DNA of 57,586 nucleotides, filler included, from Dugesia japonica (Eukaryota): NCBI GenBank assembly GCA_001938525.1. It is 6 parts of 6 records of this genome, joined end to end, with 100 filler letters (N's around TTAATTAATTAA, not from the genome) between each part and the next. Parts side by side here need not be neighbours in the genome. Positions count along the whole stretch, not along the records: positions 38,534 to 48,409 come from MQRL01481123.1; positions 48,510 to 57,586 come from MQRL01607861.1; 4 more parts are not named here. One strand, 5' to 3'. Shown piece by piece: positions 38,646 to 51,273 of this stretch (position 1 is its first letter; each line of letters starts with the position of its first letter). The notes under the pieces were generated by a model. It saw only the letters and a program-made list of their open reading frames with translations, ran no database searches and was not told where the DNA came from. The position numbers and the translations under genes were made by a program.

Positions 38646-40267
38646 ATTCAAAAGCATCATTGAGCCGATAGTCGAAGTAATATTGCTGAACATAATATTA
38701 ATAGATATAAAATTTACAATTTACATTTTTTATTATATTATTATTATTATATTATTATTAGATATTATTAATTTAGTTCAAATATACATCATGTAATGAT
38801 GTTGATTGCATATGTATGAATACAATAGGGTCAGCCGAATGATTATTATTCATGGTCCTTATACTATACTTATACTAGCTGCTTAGTTTTCCAACCACAA
38901 TCTTAACAAGTTGAGTAATATTTTTCGTAAATTATGACTGTAAGAGAAGATAAATGGTTTAGGAATTTTATTTTTTGAGATTTTGACTTTGATTTATTTG
39001 AGGAAATTAGCATTAAATTAATTAAAAATATTTTTAAATAAATAAATAATAATTTTGTAAAAACAACCATTTTTAATTTGTATTAAATAAGGCATGAGTT
39101 ACTAACTTTTTTGACTTGAGTATGACTTTTTCTACCTGTATTAACCGTCCTATAATCATAGTTTATCTATTATCACCGTAGTCAAATAAATAAGAAAAAA
39201 TGAAGAAGCTGCATTTTACTGCACAACCGTACAATATTTGGCTGAATTTTTGAAAGCTTTAAGCGAATATCATATTCAACGTTTGTCTTGTTTCTGTATT
39301 TTTTATATAAGTTAGCGTGGAGAACCCACTTTTACAAAAACACGTTGTAGCAAACGACATAAGAAAATTATTACTTTTGAAGCAAGTAGAGGATAGATAA
39401 GAAGAGATCAGTAATTAACAGGTAAAACAAATCATGTTATGATATAAGTAAAAACTATTTGCTTTAAAATGAAAAATGATTTTAAAATATTTTAATTTTA
39501 TTTAAAGCACCGTCTGTTGGGAACTGCTAAAATAAGGTTTTCTTAAAATTAAAAAGGAATTAAATTTTGAAATAAATAAATTTTATAAATCAATTAAAAT
39601 TTTACATTAATCTTTAATAATTGAACATATTAATTAAATTTTGAACTTCACAATTTCCCATAATTTTTATTCACTATTGTTTTAGTCACAATTGTTTTAT
39701 TAAAGTTAAAAAATGTAAGAATAATCGATCATATTTAAACAAATAATCCATATCGAAGAATATAAAATTTATATTTATAAATATCGATTTTCTTTTAAAA
39801 CATAAAAATACACATGATATTTTTTAAAATTCCTTCAAAATAGTTTTTTAATTTTTCAATTAATTTTTTACTATTTTAAAAAATCGGTAATATAAATATT
39901 TCTAAAAATATTACTACTATAATTTAAAAGATATTTTTATTCCCAATAATTTTTTTATACAATACAATATGTAAAAATTATTAAAAACATAAAATTTTCA
40001 AATAAAAACTTTGGACAAAAAATGTCTTCTATTTTTAAATCTCTTTTTTTTTATTAAAAAATATTCTAAATAATTTTTAAAAATATTTCAAGAATTAATT
40101 TTAATACAATAATTTTAATATAATACTATATAATATATACCAAATTAAAAAATTCTCGAGATATACATCATCTATGAATTACTCTTACAGAACTAACATT
40201 TTAAATAAAACTCTAAAGAAATAAGATTGTTTTAAATCTCATATTATTTGACTTATTAAATTTGTTT

Positions 40268-40530
40268 TAAAATTGTTGCGAGAATAATTATTGGACTTAA
40301 CAATTGATCATATTTGAGATTTCATTAAATTAAGAGCTTCGATCAAAATGTTGTTTTTTTTATATTTTTTAAGATTTTTTAGTTGTATCTGGAATTTCCT
40401 ACTTTTTTTAATTGGAATCATGAAGAAAACAATAGTGGAAAATTCGAAATACTAATAACAACTAAAAGCTTATAAAAAAATATTAAAAAAAACAACATTT
40501 TGAATCAAAGCTTTTAATTTAAATAAATCG
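40268..40530. repeat. Degenerate inverted Penelope-like pLTR hairpin
   Basis: Same arms and tail as 14441-14682, with an eroded core CATGAAGAAAAC...GGAAAATTCG. Confidence 0.55.
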
Positions 40531-40777
40531 TTTTAAAATGACAAAATTAAATCTTGTACTTGTTTTTTGTTAATGGAATCATTTAGTATTTTAACACATT
40601 CGCTCCTATTCGGATAATATGTTCCAGAAAAAGTTTAAAGATACATAATTTTACTTTAAAGTTAAAAACAATCTCTAATTATATGTCAGAGGATAATTAA
40701 AGGATAAACAGGATAAAAATTACTCAAACCACACATTTTGCTATACTTTTAAATGAAAAACTTTATTTTTTAATATA

Positions 40778-42288
40778 CAGTGTGTTCAAAAAAATTAGCA
40801 ACCCCCAGATTTCCTAATATTTTATACATGCTTACAAGAAAAACCTAAAACAGAATGTTTAACGTAATAAATGATTTATTACAGCAACAAAACTAGAAAA
40901 CATCAAGTATTTATTTCATGTATGTCAACCTTCATAGTTATTAATAGGATTACTATAATTTGCATAGATATGACAAAATTGCCTTATTTTAAGTATTTAA
41001 TAACTTTTTCCTTTAAAATAAGGTAAAATATTCTATGTTTCATTGATTGCACAAGGGTTCATTCCAAGTCTTCGCAATAACATTTTTCAAATCTGCTATA
41101 TCGTCATACTGCCTACCATTATCATAAATACTTCTCACCATTATACCCCAAAGATTTTCGATCGAATTCAGGTCTGGACTACATGTTGGCTAATCTATAA
41201 CGTTGATATTGTTTATTTGAAACCACTCCAAGGTAGATTCTGCCTTATTTATAGGAGCATTATCCTGTTGAAATAGCATAAGTCTTTCACAATATGGTAA
41301 CGAATGATTTGTTAACATTTCTTGATATTGTATTTCATTAATTCTCCCATTTATGACCACCAGTGGCGCTGTACCATTAAAAGAAAATCCCGCCCAAACC
41401 GTCACAGATCCGCCACAATGAACGCGTTTGGTGCAAAATTCATTTTCGTTCCTAATGTCCTGCCAGAAGTATTGCAATTCATCTGGACCATCTAGGTTAA
41501 ATTTCTTCTCATGGGAAAATATTAAATTTTACATCCCAAGTTTGATGAGTTCTAGCGAAATAAAGACGAATTTCAATATGTCGATTTTGTAATTTTGGAG
41601 CAGACATTCTATTTGCATAATTCAAATTGCCAATGTCATTTATCCAATTGAGTTTCGTATTCTCACCTCCAATATTGAAATGTGTCTTTATTTTTCTTCC
41701 AGACAAATTATTTGTTGAAACAAGTCGAATAATGCGCCTTTTATCCCTCAATGATAATTTGAATTTTCTTCCAGAATTCGTTGTTCCATTCGGACTTCAT
41801 TGATTATTAATATATTTTGAAATGGTTGGATTCGTTTCTATTAATATGTTTCGCAATGTCATTCCAGAATAAGGCTTGACATCTTAAACCTTCATTTTTC
41901 CCCTTTTCAAATTCAGACAAGTCGCTTTTTCCTCCAATGACATGAAATGATTAAATATAACTTTATTTGTGTATTTTAAAACAATTAATTAAACATAATT
42001 AATTATATTTAAGTTTTAGACTTAATTTTAAGTTTTTTTGTAAGAAGTTAAATGATTTAGTAAAACAAAAATAAAATGTTCATGAAAAGTTGTTAATTTG
42101 TTTGAACAGTTAAAAATTCAAATATATTACAATAGATTATATTTTATATTCAATTATTTAAATTTTTAGAGCAAACATAGTCTGTAATATGTATTGTAGC
42201 TATATATTATAGTTTTATAGTTTTAATATATCCTTATATTGAATTTTTTCAAAATTTTATTGGATTGCTAATTTTTTTGACTACACTG
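40778..42288 (-). mobile_element. Tc1/Tc3-like transposon
   Basis: TIRs CAGTGTGTTCAAAAAAATTAGCAA and TTGCTAATTTTTTTGACTACACTG. Motifs EKKFNLDGPD, GGSVTVWAGF, FQQDNAP and SPDLNSIENLW. Confidence 0.9.
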
Positions 42289-43071
42289 TTTTTCTGCATT
42301 TCTTTAAAAAAAAGCCGGAGTGAAAGAGTTCAATTCAATGATGAATGTCTCAAACTTATCTGACAATAACGCACACTTTCCTAAAGTATTACTTGATGCC
42401 AATCTTTTATACACCAACTCAATTTAAATTAAATGAAGATAGCAACAGTATTTGGAACAATTATTTCATAAACCAGTAATTTAATAATCTCCATATAATG
42501 TCACTTGTAACTGTGAGTATTGAATTCCTGTGTTAATTCTAAGGACATTGCATGTGGTTATATAGAAAATTACAAATCAATTACTTATGTACAAGTAACC
42601 ATTATAAATACTGTTTATTAAGAATTTCGTGGATTAATCAAAGGAGAACTTTGTTATTTTTATTGATTGACATTTTATTTTAAGCGAAAATCAAACAATT
42701 TAATAAAAATAAATGATCGGTTAAAATTGAAAATTTAAATCTAAAAATTTCACCAGTTAATCACATTAAAAAATGAAAGATTGAATTTGTCTCAATGGTT
42801 GTCAAAGTTTCCACATATCGAATGTAGAATATGAAAGAAGTTCATTAAAATAGTTTCATTCAAGATTCATTTCTGTATTCATCATTTTCAAGGAAATGGA
42901 AATAGAGGAGATAAAAATATCACATTACACATCATTGAAAATGAAGAATTAAAAATCTTAAAAATTTATTGATTTTCCTAATGATTATTAAATAATTCAT
43001 TTATGAATTTTAAAGTTATTGATGTTTCAATTGATGGTTCTTCTTTGATGTTGCTTTTTTATAAATATAGC

Positions 43072-43112
<41 letters not shown>

Positions 43113-43338
43113 TTGTTTGAAACTGTTGAATTCCAACACATAGTAGTGATAATTAAACTGAGAATTAATAAAATTAAACGATTGAAGAAAGAAATGAATC
43201 ATGTAAAGATAATTGAATTAATAGGTCGAACAAATATTGAAATAAAGGGGGAAAAGAAAAGTCAAATCATGAAACATAACAAATTAGAACACTAATCATT
43301 AGACCCCTAATTATATAGTAAACAGAAAAACAATAAAT

Positions 43339-44105
43339 GGTAAATGTTTATTTAAGTCAGCACATTTTAGTTACACTAATTATAATGCGTCATTAATAAT
43401 AAATTAATGACAAAATAATAAAACGAATTTGCTTCACTTATCTGCTTTATGTTACGATAAAACGAGTAGTCTTCATTTTCTGCAACAAAAGAAATGATTC
43501 ATAATGTATGTCTGTGTGATAACAATTTTGTATTGACTTTATCACTTACATATAGGTAAAATCTTTGAAGATGCCGTAACCTTACGAGCCGGCAGGATAT
43601 AAAAGTCCGAGAAGACACTTGGTTCAAAGAATCACGGTTATCTTACGGGAAAATAGTTATTCTCATTTATTGCTAGTTCAAGAAGTTGACCAGTACACGT
43701 TTCTATGAAATAGAGGTTGAAATATCAAAATATTGTGTAATAAATTGAAGTTACTACCTTCTAGAGGTTTGTGTCAATAAGCTGATAAATAATTCAATCA
43801 TTATAGTAATTACAGCCAAACATGACTGTAGTAATTGACAAAAGTTTGTTCAGTCGTAGAAAAATGCTGTGATTATTTGAAGGTATTTGTCAAATCAATG
43901 ACAAGCATACAATGGAATTATTGGATAATACAATCATCTGACTTTTTTGCTACATTTCGTAGATCTTAACACAGGAGCAAACACAAAGAATTGAACATTC
44001 CCGGAAATTGACAAAAGATCGTAATAAACGTCACAGTGGAAAGCGCAGAACTATATAAGATTTGTACATGTTTGAATATGTGGCTAATGAAAATAAATGT
44101 TTACC
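43339..44105 (+). mobile_element. Decayed Merlin (IS1016/ISXO2-like) transposon
   Basis: VREDTWFKESRLSYGKIVILIYC, I.SD, and GANT..IE motifs. Ends GGTAAATGTTTA / TAAATGTTTACC, with an imperfect 8-bp flank match (CAATAAAT/AAATAGAT). Confidence 0.6.
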
Positions 44106-46168
44106 AAATAGATGTTTTTGAGACCACTCTAGTTGACATTGCAATTATTTGTCTAATATTTTCAGTTTTAATGTTTGAAAACTACACGAAAAAGAAATAC
44201 TTGTTTGTCTATTTTGTGTGAAGTTTTTTTTAATTTAATAGGTTGAATTGAAAGATAAGTACTCAATAAATAATTAAATGATATTTGTTAAACAAAATCA
44301 GATTATCAAAGAGAAAGTGAAAGGAGTTAATAACGGCAAAATAGATACAGACAAATTTAAATAATTACTAAAATTACAGTTTAAAAAAAGTGAGATCTGA
44401 TTATTCTCTAAAAATAATCAATGATAACTGAAAAGGTTTCAGAAAGCAAATAATAAAAGTTTGAAATTAAAATCATAATAATAATAGGAATAGGTCAAGA
44501 AAATTGGGCTACTTAATTCTGAGTTCAAAACTAGAGATAAAAAATAGAAAAGGGCAAGATTTTTTAAATTCAAAAAGTTAAACAAGAATAATGGGAATTT
44601 ATTGACAAACACAGAGATACACCATTTAAACAAATATTTATTAATAGTAACAAGTTTCGACATTATATATGTTATCTTCAGACAAGCTGTTTTAAACTAC
44701 AAATAGAGCATATATATAATTCCACCTAATAGCCTCAATAAAATTTAAATTAAATAAAGATCTTCAATAAATATTCATGTCTAATAATAATAGAAATTCA
44801 TGTTTCATTTTAATGAAGTCTGTGTTTGTGATACATTTTTCTACAATTGCTTTTAATATTACTGGTCTGTGAAGAAATATTGTTTTGCACAGTGTTTAAT
44901 TTTGTCCAAGTTTAAATCTAAAAAGAAAATAATAAATTAATAATAATAAAATAATTAATATAATTTCTTTTTGATTTTTTAATTATAACTGACTTCAAAA
45001 ATAGTATTTCAAAAAGTTTCGTGATACTGTGAGAATCGATTAGCACATTTTATGTATCAAAAATTAATGTCAATTTTTTTAGTTTGGTTGACAATATCAC
45101 ACGTTTCCATAAATATTCATTTAATCACAAATTGATTTGGTTTATTTGATGAAAGTTAACAAAAGATAAATATTCAAACAAAGTAATTTCCATTAATATT
45201 TTAATAAAGGAGTGTATTAAAATAACTTATGTCTGTGAAATTTAAAAATATTTATAATTTAATTATAAATAAAATCCACCTTAATATATTCATTTAAATT
45301 TTTTCCAAATTTAAATATATAGTCTTACATAAATTTTCTGTTCAGAAATTTTAAAAATATTTTAAAATAATTTTACTGAAATTTTCTTTTAAATTTAAAA
45401 TTTAGATCTTGCTACATTTGATTAAATTTTTACTTAAAAACATACTGAATAATTTTAAGTATAATTTTAATACACTAAAATTTCACAAAGCACAAACTAA
45501 TTCTTACAAACTTTATCATAAGTTTATGTGAAAATATTTAACACACATTTTCCTTGAAACATGGAAAATGATGAAGTATAATCGAGATCGATAAAAGTAT
45601 TAATAATCTGCGATGTTGGAAAACCTAGAGAAAATTCAGGTATTTTTAAATTTCAACATGAATATGAAAAAAAGTAAAATCATGTATACCAAAGAAAAAT
45701 GACGATAAGCTTAAGTCTAAAAAAGCCCATAAAATAATTGGGTGTCAAAATTCTGTAACCAAATATTTATACTGACGGAATTCGCAAATTAAAATGAAGT
45801 AATTTTATAACAAACATTAGAATTCAGTGAATTTTCAAGTGGTACATTAATATACGATTTTGTTTCTTAATAAACTAACGAAACAATCCAAATCAACACG
45901 TCGTTTCTTTTTTTATTCTTTAATTAAATTTTCTATTAGTTTATTGACTGATTTACTATTGATAATGAAACCAGTTTATCATCCAAGTTAAAGTTTTTGA
46001 TCATATTAATTGTTTTTTCTCAAATTTGCCTTCCAAGTGAATTTAAAATTCAAGATTTATCTACAAAATTGATTTGTTGATAAGGAGTAGCAAACGTTTT
46101 ATTTTTGAGTTCTTTGATTAAGAATGAGAATTATTATTAACCAATTATAGACTAGCGTTCCTTATAGA

Positions 46169-46977
46169 TAGGATGACCAGGCAAATTTAGAAAAAAATGC
46201 GGGACATTTTGTAAAAAAAAAATTTACGAACATTAATTACTAAAACCACTGTATATTCAATTTCTTTCATTTCATTACATTCTATTTTTGGTACTTTTTT
46301 TCAGAAATTATATTCATTAAAATTTTATAGTTTTCTTTTACAAGTTTAAAGTACTCTAAACAATTTATATTTGAGTTGTATTGGATTGATAGAAGTGCAT
46401 CAAGGGTATCAACATTCAAACAACTTTTATTATCATCCCAAATATTGTTCATAAGGGAAAGAGTTCTCTATACTTCGTATGATGTACCAGCAAGAGAAAA
46501 TTCAAATTCGACTATTTTTTGATACTGACTAGAGCTGTTGAATTTTACCAAACATTATTAAAAATTTTAATCCAAATGTTTTCAGGAGATAATTTTGAAT
46601 CTATCCAGCTTAAAATATTATTTTTAACAAAAATTTTAATTAGACCGTATTCATCACACAAAACGTCTCTAAACTATGCCATAGAATTTTTCACCATATT
46701 TCTCTGCTGCGTAATATATCATTAGTTCAATTTCATACCTAAGAAGGATATTTAAACAAGCATCTACATAATTACTTCAGTTCCATACAATGTACTTTCC
46801 TAAAGTGTAAGATTATTTAAAATTGTTTAATAAAATTCAGAAATTTTTTTTCACTTGTTTTTGACAAGATAGAACAAGCTTTTTGTATTCAGATTGTGAT
46901 TCTCGAGGAAGATATTCACAACGTTGTCAATTAGCTAATTTTTCTTAATTCTCATTTGTTGTTACATTTGATGATTC
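46169..46977 (-). mobile_element. hAT (Blackjack-like) 3' fragment
   Basis: TIR TAGGATGACCAG...CGGGACA. Motif LAGTS.EV.R..SLMNNIW.....LNV.TL.ALL. Confidence 0.7.
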
Positions 46978-47929
46978 NNNNNNNNNNNNNNNNNNNNNNN
47001 NNNNNNNNNNNNNNNNNNNNNNNNNNNNNNNNNNNNNNNNNNNNNNNNNNNNNNNNNNNNNNNNNNNNNNNNNNNNNNNNNNNNNNNNNNNNNNNNNNNN
47101 NNNNNNNNNNNNNNNNNNNNNNNNNNNNNNNNNNNNNNNNNNNNNNNNNNNNNNNNNNNNNNNNNNNNNNNNNNNNNNNNNNNNNNNNNNNNNNNNNNNN
47201 NNNNNNNNNNNNNNNATCTTGAAATTTTCTTTAAGAACTGTATACTATAGATGCTTTTCTTAGTGTTAAAAAAGTAGAAAATTTTTTAATGCAAAATAAT
47301 AATAGGGAATTAAAAAATATACAGGAAATTGAAAAGTTTATTCTAAGTGAAAGAAAAAAAATGATATGATAAAGTATTTTCGGAAGAAGTGAGTGAAAAC
47401 TAATAAAATATTAAACAAACTTGTTTGACTCGTAATCTTGTGTTTTTCATTTGTATTTGCTTGTGTTCATATATATATATGCATATGTTATGGTGTTTTT
47501 AATAGTTAAAATAGTTGACCAATCAACATAGTTTGTTTAGTAAAAGTCATAATAATGAGCTATATTTTTTGTGGATTTTGGTGTTCATTATACACATGTT
47601 TGACGGTAGTTTGATTTTTGTGAATATATAAAAATGGCGAATGAAAATAAGTAAGCATATTTAATTAATTTTAAGATTTAGATTATATTTAAATTTTGAT
47701 TTATTAATTTTTATAGATCTAATAATGATCTTTATTGTTAGAACACATTGTGTAATAATAATTTGTCTAATTTTCTCTCTTTATTTTTGCGTTCTATACA
47801 TGGAACGCTAGTCTTTAAGCATACATATTTTCATTTTTTTTATATTTTGTTCTTAGTCTAATGATAAAGGAAATCGCTGATATGCGTGAAAGTGAAAAGT
47901 TTTGAACTAATTTTGATGGCAATGTTGAA

Positions 47930-48405
47930 AATTATTATAAAAAGAACCAACTGTCTTGAAATGTATAATGTGTTCATGGGTGTTACAGACCAAATGGATG
48001 CAAAAATCGATGTATATAGGGTATCGATAAGGAGTAAGAAATAGTGGTGGTCAATTTTTACCTGACTTTTAGATCCCGCTATTCAAAATGCACAGATACT
48101 TTACAAATTACATAACCCAGAAATAGCACAATTGGATTTTAGACGGGAAATTGCTAAAACAATTTCAAAATTTGCCAAAATCATCTAACAGGCACTGTTG
48201 TTTTTCAAAAGACTGTATAATATATCCAGACATACGCGTTGATGGAAAACAACATTTGGTGAAATACGTACCCAATAATAAACGTCGACGATGCACTGGA
48301 CAAAATCATAAAAGCAGTTATGTACGTACCCAGTGTTGTAAATGTGACGTAGGTTTATGTATTGATTGTTTTGTAGATTTCATACTAAATAAATTTGTTT
48401 GTTAA
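47930..48405 (+). pseudogene. piggyBac transposase C-terminus
   Basis: YN.FMGVTDQMD..I..YR..IRSKK*WW and the cysteine-rich domain RRRC...TQCCKCDVGLCIDCF. Confidence 0.85.
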
Positions 48406-48409
48406 ACTT

Positions 48410-48509
48410 NNNNNNNNNNNNNNNNNNNNNNNNNNNNNNNNNNNNNNNNNNNNTTAATTAATTAANNNNNNNNNNNNNNNNNNNNNNNNNNNNNNNNNNN
48501 NNNNNNNNN
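48410..48509. other. Artificial contig spacer
   Basis: N44-TTAATTAATTAA-N44. Confidence 0.97.
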
Positions 48510-48683
48510 ATATTTTTCAAGTTAAATAAAACTGATAGAGATAATGTGTATCATGAGTTATTTTCAAATATATTTAATAATAACTCAGAATATGATTATG
48601 AAGTAAATCTTCACTGGAAGACTAAGTATAACTATTTTTATTTAAATAAGGAAACTGATGAGATGTTAGATGATTTATTTTAG
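48510..48683 (+). CDS. C-terminal end of probable A32/FtsK-like packaging ATPase (partial)
   Basis: Open frame IFFKLNKTDRDNVYHELFS...HWKTKYNYFYLNK...LF* resembles Polinton ATPase tails (ILFK...D...IY...W..KY.FL.I). It is convergent with the other genes. Confidence 0.55.
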   Translation: MFFKLNKTDRDNVYHELFSNIFNNNSEYDYEVNLHWKTKYNYFYLNKETDEMLDDLF

Positions 48684-48707
48684 ATGGGTTCATTTGGGTG
48701 ATTTATT

Positions 48708-49805
48708 TTAGCGTTGGGTGATTTGTTTTAATCTTTTTTGTGCTTCTATTTGATTATTTGCATTAGTTATAAATTCTTGTTCTTTAGCTATTATATCTTC
48801 AATATCATTAAAATGTTCTCGTATCTTTCTAAATGAAAAATTACTTTCAATAATACCAGGCCATGTTTCTGCTATTTTGGCAAATCTAATTAATCTATTA
48901 ATGTAACTCATTGTATGAACATATCCATTTCCTGCTATATAATTTAAAAAGTCTTCATAATGTTTTTTCTTATTATTAACTTTAAATTTTAATTTTAAAG
49001 TGTATAATATTGCACCTAACATTGCATATGAATATAATATTCCACGTTTAAACATTACTAATTGACTATTCCATCTCTTATATTCATCTAATAAATAAGT
49101 TTGACTTTTAGTTGCTAATACTGCACAATTTTCTTTAAATTTTTCTATTTTAATATCTTTTAATGGAACTTTATATCTTTTATTAGTTTTAAATGAATTA
49201 AAAAGTTCCATTCTAAATGTTTGTGGTTTATCCATTGCCATTTTTACATCATCTTCATTATCTGTTGGAAAATATCTTGATCTTATTTCTTTTCCATCTT
49301 TTATTGTTCCTTTTATTCTTGCTCTTTCATTTCTACCAATTGGTAATGGTAATATTAATTGACCATTAACTATTTGTCTATTTTCTACATTCTTAAATTG
49401 TCCACTTTCCATCTGAATAGTTCGTGTTGCTCTTGGATTAATTTCCATATTAAATTTAGGTGGATCAAATTCTTCTAAATTTGGTAATTTTTCAAATGTG
49501 TTTCTTTTTAATAATGTTAAATTATCTGGATTAGTAATAATTACTAAATGATCTGGTGGTAATTGTTGGAATTCTGATTCAGATTCTGATTCATCATCAG
49601 TTCCATCTTGATCATGTTTCATTTCTATATATTCTTCTTCATTAAATACTTCAGATTCTGATTGTTCATCGGGAGATTCACTTTCAGATTCGGAACTAAT
49701 TAAATTATCTAGTATAATTATTAAACTTTTTAATTCATTTTTTAACATTTTACCATTCTTAATTTTAGGTAATACGCGTTCAATTTTACATATAACATCT
49801 TCCAT
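48708..49805 (-). CDS. 365-aa accessory protein, Oncoid-like (acidic N-terminus, helical C-terminal domain)
   Basis: Intact ORF. The C-terminal G.IL..LK...F.......SYINRLIRF..I...WP.I....SF..I pattern is recalled from adintovirus accessory proteins. Confidence 0.6.
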   Translation of the reverse strand: MEDVICKIERVLPKIKNGKMLKNELKSLIIILDNLISSESESESPDEQSESEVFNEEEYIEMKHDQDGTDDESESESEFQQLPPDHLVIITNPDNLTLLKRNTFEKLPNLEEFDPPKFNMEINPRATRTIQMESGQFKNVENRQIVNGQLILPLPIGRNERARIKGTIKDGKEIRSRYFPTDNEDDVKMAMDKPQTFRMELFNSFKTNKRYKVPLKDIKIEKFKENCAVLATKSQTYLLDEYKRWNSQLVMFKRGILYSYAMLGAILYTLKLKFKVNNKKKHYEDFLNYIAGNGYVHTMSYINRLIRFAKIAETWPGIIESNFSFRKIREHFNDIEDIIAKEQEFITNANNQIEAQKRLKQITQR

Positions 49806-49905
49806 TTTATAAGTATAAAATTTAATCCGAGACGCATGTGTGTCAAAATTTGGTACTCAATATTTAACACTCAATATTTACATGTAACATTTAACACTCA
49901 ATATT

Positions 49906-50442
49906 TTATTGCATTCCTAATTTTAATTTCATTTCATTAATTANTTTAGTTTGATTTTCAACTAACATTTTTAAACTTTCATCATGAGATTTATTTTTTT
50001 CATGTTTATGTCCAGATATTAATTCATGAACTTCATTAACCATATTTTTAGAAATTAATAATTCATCATCAGTTAAAGTTTCATCATTAACTGCTTTTTG
50101 TTGGAATAGAAATAATTTATTTTTAACAGCTTCAAGTTTAATTATTAACTTTTCATATTTATCTTTTCTAGAACTAATTAATGATGAATTTAATGTTCCA
50201 ATTACAGGTAAAATGGAAATTGCACCAGTTATAACTGGTATAACAATTCCAGCAAGTGCAATTCCAACTGGTGTAATTAATATAATACCACCAATTCCAA
50301 TTACAACACTAACACCTATTTGTGTATATTTTATACTTGAGTCAATTCTATTCCATCTTTTATGTATTTTCTTATAATGTTNAATTTTATCTTTTATATA
50401 GTACAAGTCATTTTCAAAATCTCTAATTCTAGACATTGACAT
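49906..50442 (-). CDS. GasderminX-like membrane-active protein
   Basis: Basic N-terminal helix, a two-helix Gly-rich hydrophobic hairpin, and KAVNDETLTDDEL (KAL.D..I...EF-type motif). Confidence 0.7.
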   Translation of the reverse strand: MSMSRIRDFENDLYYIKDKIXHYKKIHKRWNRIDSSIKYTQIGVSVVIGIGGIILITPVGIALAGIVIPVITGAISILPVIGTLNSSLISSRKDKYEKLIIKLEAVKNKLFLFQQKAVNDETLTDDELLISKNMVNEVHELISGHKHEKNKSHDESLKMLVENQTKXINEMKLKLGMQ

Positions 50443-51271
50443 TCACCATTTATATTTATACTTACTTTATTTATAGCATTAGTGTATAAAGTAACATTTA
50501 AAATCTTTTTATCACTTCTTATAAAATCTAAATTATTTACATGTTTATCTTTAATATAAATATGTGGAAGATCATTATCAACATGTCTAATTGAAAATAT
50601 TTCATCAACAATAGGAGTATTAGTATAAGGTAAATAATTGTTGATTAAATATTTTATATTTTTATGTGGTAAATCTGTAAGTGTTTCTTTATAACTTTCA
50701 TATAAATCATTAATTCTGTTAACATGTATTTTATGAAGCTTAGATTTTATTGGTTNNNNNNNNNNNNNNNNNNNNNNNNNNNNNNNNNNNAAATCTTCTA
50801 TGTTAGATTTTATTACATCAACAAGATATGAATTTTCATTAAATGTTTTATTGTCTAATTCAGGATGTAATTTATTAAGTGTATCATTTAACATCTCAAT
50901 ATCTTTTTTAAGTTTCTTACTTAATTCTTCTTCATTTAATTTTTCTAATCTATAGGTTAAATCACTTGTTTTAAATGGGAAAAGTATTAATTTTATTTTT
51001 TTGATTTCCAAATTTATTTTATCAATTGTTTCAGATTTAGATAGTAAAAAAATTTGTTTTATTTTATCTTCTAATTGTTTTATATATTTCAAATTAACTG
51101 CATCATTTAAATCTTTAGGCTCTTCTGTTATTTTTAAACATGTTATTGTGTCTCCTGTTTCATTTACAAATTTATTTTCATTATATGCATCTGACATTTT
51201 AAGTTTAGCACTACACTTTTCAATACTTGTGTTGTATTTAAATTTAATATACTTTCTCCAAACTTATTCAT
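50394..51271 (-). CDS. Fibre-like protein (probable start MNKFG at 51271, with a 1-nt frameshift near 51255)
   Basis: FVNETGDT.T.L.....P....DAVNLKY is a tail-fibre-type motif, followed by coiled coil. Confidence 0.5.
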
Positions 51272-51273
51272 CT

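Noticed and set aside
40592-42333. piggyBac-like TIR pair enclosing the Tc1 element
   Set aside because: The right end is degenerate (no TTAA) and there is no transposase sequence.
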